Assembly: GCA_964469855.1 (NCBI GenBank)
Contig: CAYXYW010000004.1
Coordinates: 1-36,729, forward strand
Direction of reading: 5' to 3'
DNA: 36,729 nucleotides
Source of the DNA: an uncultured Bifidobacterium sp.
GTDB taxonomy: Bacteria; Actinomycetota; Actinomycetes; S36-B12; UBA5976
Shown: piece by piece, positions 1 to 9,038 of the stretch
Layout: every line of letters begins with the position of its first letter
Position numbering within the stretch: position 1 is the stretch's first letter
Notes under the pieces: model-generated
The model's input: the letters and a program-made list of their open reading frames with translations, nothing else
What the model was told of the DNA's origin: nothing
Database searches by the model: none
Position numbers and translations under genes: made by a program

Positions 1-555
1 TGCCAAGATAATACCCACCACCGCTAAATGAAAAACTAAATTGCCAACCTCACGCAAATATCCTTTCTCCGCAGCAATAAATTTCTTTTCCTGATCTACT
101 CGAACTCGCCAATTGGCTTTCTTTAATCCCTCACTGACTGAATCAGCGTAAGAATCAAATTGTAACTTTAAATCAAGATTTTCAAATTGAGTCAATCGCT
201 CAAAATTTGCTGGTGCCGTAGGTGGCTGAGCTTTAACAGCGCGATAGTGCTTAAGTGATCTAGGCAAAATACAGCCAACCAGCGAGACAAGCAGTAATAA
301 ATAAACAGCTGAAAACCAAACTGAGCTAAAAACATTGAAGAAGCCAAGTTTGAGCAAGATATTGCCCAGTGTTGGCGAATCCTCTATCCATTGTGATACG
401 CCAAATGCATCTACATTTTGTTGCGGCAATACCGATCCCGGAATTGAAACAATCACTAATAGCAGCAATAGCAGTAGTGCGGTTCGCATGCTGGTCAACT
501 GCCGCCATAAGAAACGTAATGACTCTCTTGGTGTTAATTCAAAAGTTTCACTCAT
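1..555 (-). CDS. resB: Cytochrome c biogenesis protein ResB (system II), 5' part, runs off the window edge
   Basis: Not in ORF track; hand translation from ATG at 555 (overlaps ccdA stop): MSETFELTPRESLRFLWRQLTSMRTALLLLLLLVIVSIPGSVLPQ...FFNVFSSVWFSAVYLLLLVSLVGCILPR...AEKGYLREVGNLVFHLAVVGIILA, typical actinobacterial ResB motifs; follows ccdA. Confidence 0.93.
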   Translation of the reverse strand, partial: MSETFELTPRESLRFLWRQLTSMRTALLLLLLLVIVSIPGSVLPQQNVDAFGVSQWIEDSPTLGNILLKLGFFNVFSSVWFSAVYLLLLVSLVGCILPRSLKHYRAVKAQPPTAPANFERLTQFENLDLKLQFDSYADSVSEGLKKANWRVRVDQEKKFIAAEKGYLREVGNLVFHLAVVGIILA

Positions 556-1262
556 AAAATCACCGTAAAGCCAGCATATTGTTGCTGAAGCCAAATCATA
601 AGTTCATGCCAGATTCCCGTTAATAACAGCACACCAAGCAAGATCAGAAATCCACTGCCAAGCCGGATAAATAATTTCTGTTTGGCGCGCAAGCGCTGCG
701 TAATTGCTATTGATTTATGAGCAAAAAATGACAGCAATAAGAATGGCAATCCCAATCCGACGCCATAACTTATTGATAGTAGTGCCCCTTTAGCGGCTGT
801 TGCTTCAGTTAACGCCAACGTTTGCACCGCTGCCAAGGTAGGTCCAATGCAAGGAGTCCAACCAATCGCAAACACCACGCCAAGCAATATGGGTTGTGCC
901 GAAGAGGCGACCTTGATCGGTAATTTAAATTGCCACTGCGCAAATTGTCCAAAGCCGGCAAAGATTAAGCCAAGTAATATCAACAGCACACCAAATATTC
1001 GATTCAGTATTGATTGATACTGAGTTAAATATGAACCTAATTGACCAAACGCTATGCCATATGAGGCAAAAATTGCAGTGAAGGTCAGAATGAAAATAAG
1101 TGTTGGAAAGATTGGTTTAGTTTTGGTAACAGTGCCACCAAGCACCGCAAGATAACCAGGCAGCAGCGGTAACACGCATGGGCTTAGAAATGAAACTAAT
1201 CCTGCGACGGCCGCAACAGCAATAGCCAGTGGTAAAAAACCACTGACAACAATCTCACCCAT
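552..1262 (-). CDS. ccdA: Cytochrome c biogenesis disulfide transporter CcdA (DsbD family)
   Basis: SFLSPCVLPLLPGYL and GWTPCIGP motifs, about 6 hydrophobic segments. Confidence 0.95.
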   Translation of the reverse strand: MGEIVVSGFLPLAIAVAAVAGLVSFLSPCVLPLLPGYLAVLGGTVTKTKPIFPTLIFILTFTAIFASYGIAFGQLGSYLTQYQSILNRIFGVLLILLGLIFAGFGQFAQWQFKLPIKVASSAQPILLGVVFAIGWTPCIGPTLAAVQTLALTEATAAKGALLSISYGVGLGLPFLLLSFFAHKSIAITQRLRAKQKLFIRLGSGFLILLGVLLLTGIWHELMIWLQQQYAGFTVIL

Positions 1263-1797
1263 TGTTCACTTCATCAACTACTTGCACTAAAAGTGATCTG
1301 GTAACCGCACCAAGAATTCGTGCACTCGGTCGACCAGATTTATCTAACACAATCGTGGTTGGAATTGCGCTCATTGGCAGTGAATCACGAAACACCAACT
1401 GTTTAGAACCATCCGGATCTACTATTGACGGATAAGTGATACCAAAAAATTCTTCAAAAGCACGTGCCGCGGGATCATTGTCGCGAGTATTTATTCCCAA
1501 CATCTGAACTTCTGGATTCTCAATGTTAAAGGCCTTTAATTCTGGTGCTTCTTGTCGGCACGGCGCGCACCAAGATGCCCAAACATTAATTACGACATTT
1601 TGGCCTAGAAAATCAGAAACTGCTAATTCTTCACCAGTTAAAGTTACGCCAGATAGTTCTAACGCGTCACCGCGATCAGCGACTGGTAATACTGTTGTGG
1701 TGCCATCACCTGAAACAAATGCAGTGTTATTACTTCCACTAGTACTACAGCCAGCAAGCAATGCCATAGCGGCAACTACAACAATTAACTTACGCAC
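1255..1797 (-). CDS. TlpA/ResA-family thiol-disulfide oxidoreductase lipoprotein
   Basis: Likely GTG start at 1797 (VRKLIVVVAAMALLAGC, lipobox LAGC); NVWASWCAPCRQE CxxC; cis-Pro loop SAIPTT. Confidence 0.92.
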   Translation of the reverse strand: MRKLIVVVAAMALLAGCSTSGSNNTAFVSGDGTTTVLPVADRGDALELSGVTLTGEELAVSDFLGQNVVINVWASWCAPCRQEAPELKAFNIENPEVQMLGINTRDNDPAARAFEEFFGITYPSIVDPDGSKQLVFRDSLPMSAIPTTIVLDKSGRPSARILGAVTRSLLVQVVDEVNNG

Positions 1798-2428
1798 CAA
1801 CCCCGCCGGTTGATTCTTTATAAAGCGAGGCTGCTGGTTCCAAGTAGGTAATGCTGGCCAACTGGTCATCATGAAATTTAAGTGTAGTGACAGATGCTAA
1901 ATTGCACTCACGGTGTGATGGGTTATGGACGAATCTGTGATTTTGGTAACCAAGTCGAGCTACCCAGATCGGCAATTGGTGACTTACCAAGGCTGCTTCA
2001 TGGCCGAATGCCGTTAACCGGGCAGATTCAACTGCTGTTTGCATCCGAGCGAAGATCTCCCGATATGGCTCTCCCCAACTGGGTCGAAATGGATTCCATA
2101 AATGTCGCCAAGCTGCTGGCTTTCGCAGCACTCCATCTGACAGCGATACTCGCTTGCCTTCGAAAACGTTAGTTGCCTCAAGCAAGTTCGAATCCTGCAA
2201 TATTGGCAAGTTCTTCACGCGACCAATCGGAGTTGCAGTTTGCACTGCTCGCTCCAACGGTGATGAAACTATGTGAGTCAGATCAGATTCCACAAAATAG
2301 TCCGCGACCAGTTCTGCCATAGCCTGACCACGCTCGGAGAGTTTGAAACCAGGGATTCGACCATAAAGAATCTTCTCTGGATTAAACACCTCGCCATGGC
2401 GCACTAAATGAACCAGCGTGGTAACCAT
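1790..2428 (-). CDS. Histidine phosphatase (phosphoglycerate mutase family), Rv0525-like
   Basis: LVRHGEV, SSPLERA and VSHQLPIW motifs; usual position upstream of tlpA-ccdA-resB. Confidence 0.92.
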   Translation of the reverse strand: MVTTLVHLVRHGEVFNPEKILYGRIPGFKLSERGQAMAELVADYFVESDLTHIVSSPLERAVQTATPIGRVKNLPILQDSNLLEATNVFEGKRVSLSDGVLRKPAAWRHLWNPFRPSWGEPYREIFARMQTAVESARLTAFGHEAALVSHQLPIWVARLGYQNHRFVHNPSHRECNLASVTTLKFHDDQLASITYLEPAASLYKESTGGVGA

Positions 2429-3982
2429 TTAGCTTCGCTTACGAGTCAATCGCTTAACTGATGGTCGCCAAACAACTTCACCTTGCTCTACCGCAGCAAG
2501 TCGAAGTTTTTCACCATGCTCAATTAATGCAGCGATAGTTGCTGGTAGCGTCGTTTCTTCCGCCAAAACATCAACAGTTAATCCCATTTCTTGTGCTGCT
2601 TGCGCAGTTTGCTCACCAATACAAGCGATCACCGTAGTGGGGTGTGGTTTGCCAGCGATGCCAACTAAATTGCGAACTGTGCTTGCTGAGCTAAACAGCA
2701 CCGCATCAAAACCGCCGCTCTTTATCGCATCACGAATTGCTGGTGCTGGTGGTGCCGCACGAACCGTTCTAAACGCGGTAATTTCTTCAACTTCCCAACC
2801 CAGCGAAATCATGGTTGCCGAAAGTGATTCCACCGCCACATCAGCTCGCGGAATTAATACTCGATTCATTGGATCTTGAAATTGATCAAACACTGGCCAT
2901 AGATTTGCTAACCCAGCATTTGTGTCATCGGGTGAGATTAAATCAGGATTAATTCCAATCTCTTTCAAAATTGCAACAGTGTCTGCGCCCACCGCACCAA
3001 TTCGAATTCCGGAGAATGCTCTGGCATCAAGGCCATATTCATCCAGTCTTACCTTGATTGCCTTAACCGCGTGCGGGCTGGTGAAAACTAACCATTGATA
3101 TCGGCCAGACACCAAACCATGAACTGCTTTTTCCATCTGTTGTGGTGCCCGTGGTGGCTCAACGCTCAACGTTGGAACTTCAGTGACAGTTGCTCCTGCC
3201 TTTGCCAACAGCGCAGGCACATCAACTGAAAATTCTTTGGTCTTTGGTAATAGCACTTTCCAGCCAAACAAGCTTCGCGTTTCAAACCAAGCATTTCGAT
3301 CAATCTGTCCGGCGGCTTCGGAAATCACCGCATGTGCTGGGCCTTGCAGTTTATGAGCTTTAATCTGTTCAACTGCATCGCCGATTGTCATGCGATAACT
3401 GCGCTGATCTAACGTCATCGCGTTTTGCACTAGCACCATTGGAGTGGATTCAATTCTGCCGGCGGCAACTAAATCAGCAGCAAATCGACCAATCTCATTT
3501 GTTGTACCACGTAGAATCAGTGAAGTTTTATTACCTAAGTAATTTCCCAACTCGTAAGAGTCTTTTGCATCCAATAAGTGAATTGATTCGGTCTTTGCTG
3601 GATCAAACATTGCACCGGCATAAAAACCAACCGCAAAATCAACTGGAACAGTTGGAAATACCTCAAAGTCAATATTTGATTTGTTAACTATCGCCAATTC
3701 TTCATGTAGTGATCCCCGCAAAATACCATCACCAAAAAATACTCGGACGACATCATTTCCCTCTTTTGCTGCAGCAACTGCAGCTTTTGCTAGATCAGCG
3801 CTTTGTTCCCCAGCCACTTGTGCAACTGTTGCTATTGGTGCCACAACTTCAACTAATGATGGATCAACAATTACCGTTTGGGCATCACCAATGGCATCAA
3901 GAGCTGCTTTCGTAAGCACTTTTAGATCGCAGTCTGGCAGCGCGATAAAGGAAATCCGACCAGCGGACTTTGGGGATGTCAT
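2429..3982 (-). CDS. hemD: Uroporphyrinogen-III C-methyltransferase / uroporphyrinogen-III synthase fusion (CobA-HemD) with degenerate motifs
   Basis: C-terminal half matches actinobacterial HemD (WFETRSLFGWKVL, VEPPRAPQQMEKAVHGLVSGRYQW, RTVRAAPP, STVRNLVGIAGKPH); N-terminal tetrapyrrole methylase-like domain is divergent; directly downstream of rex. Confidence 0.88.
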   Translation of the reverse strand: MTSPKSAGRISFIALPDCDLKVLTKAALDAIGDAQTVIVDPSLVEVVAPIATVAQVAGEQSADLAKAAVAAAKEGNDVVRVFFGDGILRGSLHEELAIVNKSNIDFEVFPTVPVDFAVGFYAGAMFDPAKTESIHLLDAKDSYELGNYLGNKTSLILRGTTNEIGRFAADLVAAGRIESTPMVLVQNAMTLDQRSYRMTIGDAVEQIKAHKLQGPAHAVISEAAGQIDRNAWFETRSLFGWKVLLPKTKEFSVDVPALLAKAGATVTEVPTLSVEPPRAPQQMEKAVHGLVSGRYQWLVFTSPHAVKAIKVRLDEYGLDARAFSGIRIGAVGADTVAILKEIGINPDLISPDDTNAGLANLWPVFDQFQDPMNRVLIPRADVAVESLSATMISLGWEVEEITAFRTVRAAPPAPAIRDAIKSGGFDAVLFSSASTVRNLVGIAGKPHPTTVIACIGEQTAQAAQEMGLTVDVLAEETTLPATIAALIEHGEKLRLAAVEQGEVVWRPSVKRLTRKRS

Positions 3983-4662
3983 ATTGCTATTACCTCATTT
4001 GCTTTGGTTTGTTCATGAAATGTCAAAATCTGTAGTTCGCTGGCTAAGTCGATCTGTCTCACATCTACTCCGCTTGGCACGGTGAGCGTGACCGGAGCAA
4101 AAGTCATAATTGAATAAATACCAGCATTAACTAAAGTGTCACAAACACTTTGTGCTGCTGGGGCTGGTGTAGTGATAACAGCAATTTGAATATTATTTTC
4201 TCGAATAAAAGTTGATAGGCCAGCAACATCTTTAATAAAGATTTTTTGTCCTTCTGAAATCTCCACAACTTTGCCAATAATTTCGGGTGCTGAATCAAAC
4301 AACGCCGATATTTTGAAACCACGATTAGTAAAGCCGGCATATTTCGCCAGTGACATACCTAAATTGCCGCAACCAACTATCACAATTGGCCACTGCTTGT
4401 CTACACCTAATGTGGCAGATAGCGCTTGAATCAAAACCGCCACGTCATAACCAACCCCACGAGTGCCATGGCCGCCTAAATGAGATAAATCTTTGCGAAG
4501 TTGTGCGCTCGTTACGTTAACTGCTTCAGCTAACTCTTCGGAGGAAATAACTTCAACCCCACGAGACTTAAACTCAGTCAACGCCCGCAAGTAAATAGGT
4601 AGCCGTTCTACGGTGGCCGCGGGTAATCCGACGGTTTTCCCGGGCGTGCGCTGTTGCGCCAC
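3979..4662 (-). CDS. rex: Redox-sensing transcriptional repressor Rex
   Basis: RLPIYLRAL, SSEELA, QLRKDLS, GTRGVGY and Rossmann VGCGNLG; GTG at 4662 with GGAG SD 5 nt upstream. Confidence 0.96.
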   Translation of the reverse strand: MAQQRTPGKTVGLPAATVERLPIYLRALTEFKSRGVEVISSEELAEAVNVTSAQLRKDLSHLGGHGTRGVGYDVAVLIQALSATLGVDKQWPIVIVGCGNLGMSLAKYAGFTNRGFKISALFDSAPEIIGKVVEISEGQKIFIKDVAGLSTFIRENNIQIAVITTPAPAAQSVCDTLVNAGIYSIMTFAPVTLTVPSGVDVRQIDLASELQILTFHEQTKANEVIAI

Positions 4663-4694
4663 AATGGCTCCTGTTGATCTGGGTTTCAGGGCCA

Positions 4695-4700
4695 ACGGTA
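4695..4700 (-). promoter_or_regulatory. Putative -10 element (TACCGT) for the rex-hemD-ccs operon
   Basis: TANNNT hexamer about 33 nt upstream of the rex GTG; the same hexamer precedes ppx, lysS and ftsH. Confidence 0.45.
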
Positions 4701-4728
4701 ATTAGAAACTAGAAAAAATCAAAATTCC

Positions 4729-4974
4729 TCACAACTTAGGCGGTTGAAGTGCAGAAATTAAGGTTTGCGGCAATATCTGCCAAACCGCAATCTCGCTGCC
4801 ATCTACCAGCACTACTGGGACAAACTCTGCGTGCTGCGCGGCTAACTGAGGATGCTCGGTAATAATCAATTCTTCAAATTTTTCGCCTAATTCGGCACAC
4901 ACGGCGACCACCACTTCGCGGGCGTTATCGCATAAATGGCAGTTGGGTTTAGTGATTAACTGCACCCGCGGCAC
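4729..4974 (-). CDS. Glutaredoxin-like protein (DUF836 type)
   Basis: TKPNCHLCD CxxC and VPVVLVDG; usual position upstream of rex/hem. Confidence 0.88.
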   Translation of the reverse strand: MPRVQLITKPNCHLCDNAREVVVAVCAELGEKFEELIITEHPQLAAQHAEFVPVVLVDGSEIAVWQILPQTLISALQPPKL

Positions 4975-4979
4975 AAGGA

Positions 4980-5078
4980 TTACTTCTTGTTACGTCGCTG
5001 AACACGGGTCTTGCGCAGCAGCTTGCGATGCTTCTTCTTTGCCATTCGCTTGCGGCGCTTTTTAATAACTGATCCCAC
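4980..5078 (-). CDS. 30S ribosomal protein bS22 (AURKAIP1/COX24 domain), 32 aa
   Basis: Not in ORF track; GTG at 5078 gives [40 protein letters not shown] upstream. Confidence 0.96.
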   Translation of the reverse strand: MGSVIKKRRKRMAKKKHRKLLRKTRVQRRNKK

Positions 5079-5141
5079 GGTTCACCTCTTGGGTTGGACT
5101 GAGTGCCGAATGCTACTAAACCAGGAAACCAGGGGTTGCTG

Positions 5142-5927
5142 CTACCCCAGTTCAGCTGCACGCTGTTTTGCCGCAGCCACCGCCTGAGCCACTAACTCCA
5201 TAAAACCGCCATCGGCGAATACCTGAAGTGCTGCTTCAGTGGTGCCACCTTTTGAAGTCACCCGCTGCCGCAGCGTGGCTGCGGATTCGTTAGTTTCAGC
5301 AATTAATGCAGCAGCACCAGCGATTGTTTCAATAACTGCTGCAGTGGCGTCTGCTTCGGAGATGCCTTGCGCCATTGCAGCAGCAACTAATGCTTCTATT
5401 AGCAAAAACACATAAGCAGGCCCTGAGCCATGAATTGCAGTGAAGCTATCTTGTAGTTTTTCGTCAATAGCGAGCACCGTGCCTGCGGCAGCTAAGAATT
5501 CAGTTGCTCGAGATAAATGAATTGGCTCGGAGTTAGGAAGAACTGAAACCGTGCTAAATCCTTTTCCAACTAATGCTGGTGTATTTGGCATACATCTAAC
5601 TGATACGGCATTTGGCACAAGCGTGGTTAATTTTTCCAGCGTGATGCCTGCTGCAATCGATAAAACTGTTTGAGATTTATTTAGTTTTGGATTTAGTTCC
5701 GCGAGCACCGCAGAAATATCTTGCGGCTTAACGGCAATCACAATTAATTCAGCTGCTGCAATGTCCGAATCATCAGCTTTAGTCACGTCTAACTGATTAA
5801 TTGCTGATTGTGCTTTTGCTTCATCTTTATCAGTTACGGAAATGTTAAGTTGACCATTGGCAGCTTTTGCAGCAGCAATTAACGCGGTGCCCATCGCGCC
5901 TACGCCAATCACAACGACGTTTTTCAC
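5142..5927 (-). CDS. proC: Pyrroline-5-carboxylate reductase
   Basis: IGVGAMG, AVKPQD, RCMPNTP, GSGPAY, VTSKGGTT; GTG at 5927 with GGAG SD. Confidence 0.96.
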   Translation of the reverse strand: MKNVVVIGVGAMGTALIAAAKAANGQLNISVTDKDEAKAQSAINQLDVTKADDSDIAAAELIVIAVKPQDISAVLAELNPKLNKSQTVLSIAAGITLEKLTTLVPNAVSVRCMPNTPALVGKGFSTVSVLPNSEPIHLSRATEFLAAAGTVLAIDEKLQDSFTAIHGSGPAYVFLLIEALVAAAMAQGISEADATAAVIETIAGAAALIAETNESAATLRQRVTSKGGTTEAALQVFADGGFMELVAQAVAAAKQRAAELG

Positions 5928-5938
5928 CTGCGCTCCAA

Positions 5939-6865
5939 TCAACTTAGCGAGTCAATATGGCGAAGCAAAATTCCCTCTCGCAACGCCCACGGACTGATCT
6001 CGATCTCTTCGATATCCAGCAAATCTACCGCGGCCGCAGCAACCATGGCACCAGCAGCCAATTGTGTTGCCCGTGCCTTACTCACACCTGGCAGATTGGT
6101 TCGTTGCTGCACGCTCATTGCAGCAATTTTGGTGGCAATTTGGCTTAGCTTCGCTGCCGGCAAAATTCGCTTAACAAAAGGTCCTGCGGCACTAGGTGCA
6201 GCGCCAGCGATGCGAGCTAACGATCGAAATGTTTTGCTGGTGCCAACAACGTGATCAGCACCCTCTTCAGTTGTGATCTGTTCCATCACTCTTTCAAGTT
6301 GATCGTAAATATATTCATTAAGCAGATTTAGTTGCTTCGCGGTTGGTGGATCGCTTAACTTAAAATCTTTTGTCAACCTTCCAGCGCCAAGTGGCAGTGA
6401 TATTGCCGTATCAGGCATTTCACCACCACCAATGGCTATTTCAAATGAGCCACCACCAATATCAAGATTTAGCAACGTGCCGCTGGACCAGCCAAACCAT
6501 CTCCTGGTTGCCAAAAAGGTGAGCCGTGCTTCATCAGCACCAGAGAGCACAGATATTTGTTGCTTGGTTTTGCTGATCACCTGATCCAAAACTTCTTGAC
6601 CATTTGATGCACCTCTGATCGCGCTAGTGGCAAATGCCAAAATTTCACTACAGCCATTTGATTTAGCTGCTTGAGTTAACTCGGCAATCACGTCAGTTAA
6701 ATGATTTGCCATCTTGTCATCAAAGGCGCCATCGTCGGTTAAGTGTCGGATTAGTCCTAACGGCTCTTTTATTGAGAATGCTGGTAGCGGTGCTGCGCCA
6801 ACAGCCACGTCACACACCAAAAGGTGCACAGTATTGCTTCCTATGTCCAACACGCCCAGCCGCAT
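5939..6865 (-). CDS. ppx: Ppx/GppA-family exopolyphosphatase
   Basis: LDIGSNTVHL, ATSAIR, EARLT, LDIGGGSFE, ALREG motifs. Confidence 0.93.
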   Translation of the reverse strand: MRLGVLDIGSNTVHLLVCDVAVGAAPLPAFSIKEPLGLIRHLTDDGAFDDKMANHLTDVIAELTQAAKSNGCSEILAFATSAIRGASNGQEVLDQVISKTKQQISVLSGADEARLTFLATRRWFGWSSGTLLNLDIGGGSFEIAIGGGEMPDTAISLPLGAGRLTKDFKLSDPPTAKQLNLLNEYIYDQLERVMEQITTEEGADHVVGTSKTFRSLARIAGAAPSAAGPFVKRILPAAKLSQIATKIAAMSVQQRTNLPGVSKARATQLAAGAMVAAAAVDLLDIEEIEISPWALREGILLRHIDSLS

Positions 6866-6899
6866 GAGCAGACGGTACTCCCTGTCTAGGCTAATCCCC

Positions 6900-7679
6900 G
6901 TGAAAGAAACTTCGCTGACCGCGCCGCGCCACTGGGTGGAATTTCAAGACCCAGATGAGCCGTTACAAATTTATCGGATTGACTTAACTTGGCTGACCTC
7001 AAAATGGAATTGTATTTACGGTCGTGGCTGCAAAGGAATTGAAAAGGGCCGACCTAATGATGGTTGCTGTACCCATGGTGCACACTTTTCAGAAAAATCT
7101 GATCATAAAAATGTTAAGAAGTGGGTTGCGAAATTAACTGATGAAGATTGGCAGCACCGAGAAATTGGTATGAAAAAAGGTTGGACTGAAAAAGAAGATG
7201 GTGCCGATAAAACCAAAGTTGTTAACGGTGCTTGCATCTTCTTAAATCGACCTGGCTTTGAAGGTGGCGATGGTTGTGCGTTTCATCGCCTTGCGCTTCG
7301 AATTGGCGAGCAGCCAGCAGATCTAAAACCAGAAGTGTGTTGGCAACTGCCAATTCGGCGCGATTACGAACGACGTAAGTTTGAAGATAAGTCTGAACAA
7401 TTAGTAGTTTTAATTACTGAATACGATCGACGTAGCTGGGGTGAAGGTGGCGTGGAGTTGAATTGGTACTGCTCAAGCAATCCCGAAGCACATAACGCCG
7501 CTGAACCAGTTTATGTCTCGGAGAAATACACCTTAATTAAATTGATGAGCCAAAAGGCATATGACATCCTGGTTGAGCACTGCAAAGCCCATGAAGCAGC
7601 CATTGAGTCGGTGCGAGACAGTAAGGGGCGAAAATTAATTCCGCTTCATCCTGCGACAGCTGTCTGGGAGCGCAAGTAG
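6900..7679 (+). CDS. Conserved Cys-rich protein, probable metal/Fe-S cluster binding (DUF3109/YkgJ-like; syntenic with Rv0495c)
   Basis: GTG at 6900 after TAGGCT; WNCIYGRGC, DGCCTHGAHF, GACIFL, GCAFH, KPEVCWQLP, WYC motifs; divergent from ppx. Confidence 0.75.
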   Translation: MKETSLTAPRHWVEFQDPDEPLQIYRIDLTWLTSKWNCIYGRGCKGIEKGRPNDGCCTHGAHFSEKSDHKNVKKWVAKLTDEDWQHREIGMKKGWTEKEDGADKTKVVNGACIFLNRPGFEGGDGCAFHRLALRIGEQPADLKPEVCWQLPIRRDYERRKFEDKSEQLVVLITEYDRRSWGEGGVELNWYCSSNPEAHNAAEPVYVSEKYTLIKLMSQKAYDILVEHCKAHEAAIESVRDSKGRKLIPLHPATAVWERK

Positions 7680-7688
7680 TCTGCTCCT

Positions 7689-9038
7689 GTGGCAAAGACA
7701 AAATCTCAATTTAAATGCACTGAGTGTGGCTGGGAATCAGCGAAGTGGGTTGGCCGCTGCGGTGAGTGCCAAGCCTGGTCAACTTTAATTGAAGCTGGCC
7801 GCACCCTAGGTAGCACGCAGCCAGTTAAGTTAACTCAATATGCAGTGCCAATAACTGATACCCAAATTATGGAAGCGAACAAAACTTCCACCCAAATTGC
7901 AGAGTTGGATCGAGTACTTGGCGGTGGCATCGTGCCCGGTTCAGTTGTGCTGTTAGCTGGCGAACCTGGTATCGGTAAATCAACCCTGTTACTTGAAGTT
8001 GCTGCTGCCTGGGCTAAATCGGTTGGCGATTCACTTTATTTATCTGCCGAAGAATCTGCCGCGCAAGTAAAGCTGCGTGCTGAACGAATCGCTGCAGTGC
8101 ACGACCGATTGTATTTAGCAGCCGAAACAGATCTCGCCACTATTTTGGGCTTGATCGAGCACCATCAACCAAAGTTGGTAATTGTTGACTCAATTCAGAC
8201 CATTTCATCTAGTGAACTAGATGGTGCCGCAGGTGGTGTGGCTCAAGTTCGCGAGTCAGCTGCAGCGTTGATTGCTGCAGCAAAACGGTCACAAACTGCC
8301 ATTATTTTGGTAGGCCATGTAACTAAAGAGGGAACTATCGCTGGTCCCAGAATGCTTGAGCACATTGTTGATGTGGTGTTGAATTTTGACGGCGATCGTC
8401 ATACCAGTTTGCGAATTTTGCGATCTGTGAAAAACAGATACGGTGCCACGGATGAGATTGGTTGTTTTGACTTAGCGGAATCTGGCTTGGTAGAAGTCAA
8501 AGACCCAAGTGAACTATTTCGAACAACCAGAAAACAACCAATCGCTGGTACCTGCTTAACGGTCAGCATGGAAGGTCAACGGCCGCTGATCACTGAATTA
8601 CAAGCACTAGTAGCAACATCATCTTTAGTATCGCCTAGGCGAGCAACCAGTGGCGTAGATTCATCACGAGTTTCCATGGTGCTTGCTGTGCTGGAGCGAA
8701 AAGCCGGAATTAAAGTTGCTAAAGAGGATTGTTATGTTGCAACTGTTGGTGGTTTAAAGATCGTGGAGCCAGCCGCTGATTTGGCAATTGCGCTCAGCAT
8801 TGCTAGTGCAGCAATCGAAAAACCAATTGAACCCACCGTAGTTGCGATTGGCGAGATTGGTTTGACCGGCGAGATACGACGCGCAACAAATATAAATCGA
8901 CGTCTCTCTGAAGCTGAGCGACTTGGCATGCTGCATGCGATTGTTCCAGCTGGCACCAACTACAACGGCAAGATAAAGTTGCATCAAGTTGATGATTTGG
9001 CTCATGCTGTTTCAATATTAAACCAACTCACTAAATAA
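7689..9038 (+). CDS. radA: DNA repair protein RadA/Sms
   Basis: C4 zinc finger (CTECG...CGEC), GEPGIGKST, KNRYG motif, Lon-like C-terminus. Confidence 0.97.
   Translation: MAKTKSQFKCTECGWESAKWVGRCGECQAWSTLIEAGRTLGSTQPVKLTQYAVPITDTQIMEANKTSTQIAELDRVLGGGIVPGSVVLLAGEPGIGKSTLLLEVAAAWAKSVGDSLYLSAEESAAQVKLRAERIAAVHDRLYLAAETDLATILGLIEHHQPKLVIVDSIQTISSSELDGAAGGVAQVRESAAALIAAAKRSQTAIILVGHVTKEGTIAGPRMLEHIVDVVLNFDGDRHTSLRILRSVKNRYGATDEIGCFDLAESGLVEVKDPSELFRTTRKQPIAGTCLTVSMEGQRPLITELQALVATSSLVSPRRATSGVDSSRVSMVLAVLERKAGIKVAKEDCYVATVGGLKIVEPAADLAIALSIASAAIEKPIEPTVVAIGEIGLTGEIRRATNINRRLSEAERLGMLHAIVPAGTNYNGKIKLHQVDDLAHAVSILNQLTK

Noticed and set aside
4700-4740. Rex operator upstream of rex
   Set aside because: Only a half-site (TTGTGA on the minus strand, the end of the glutaredoxin gene); no matching TTCACAA half
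6714-6899. N-terminal extension of the 321-aa ORF overlapping ppx
   Set aside because: Antisense to ppx; the GTG at 6900 with a -10 box is the better start
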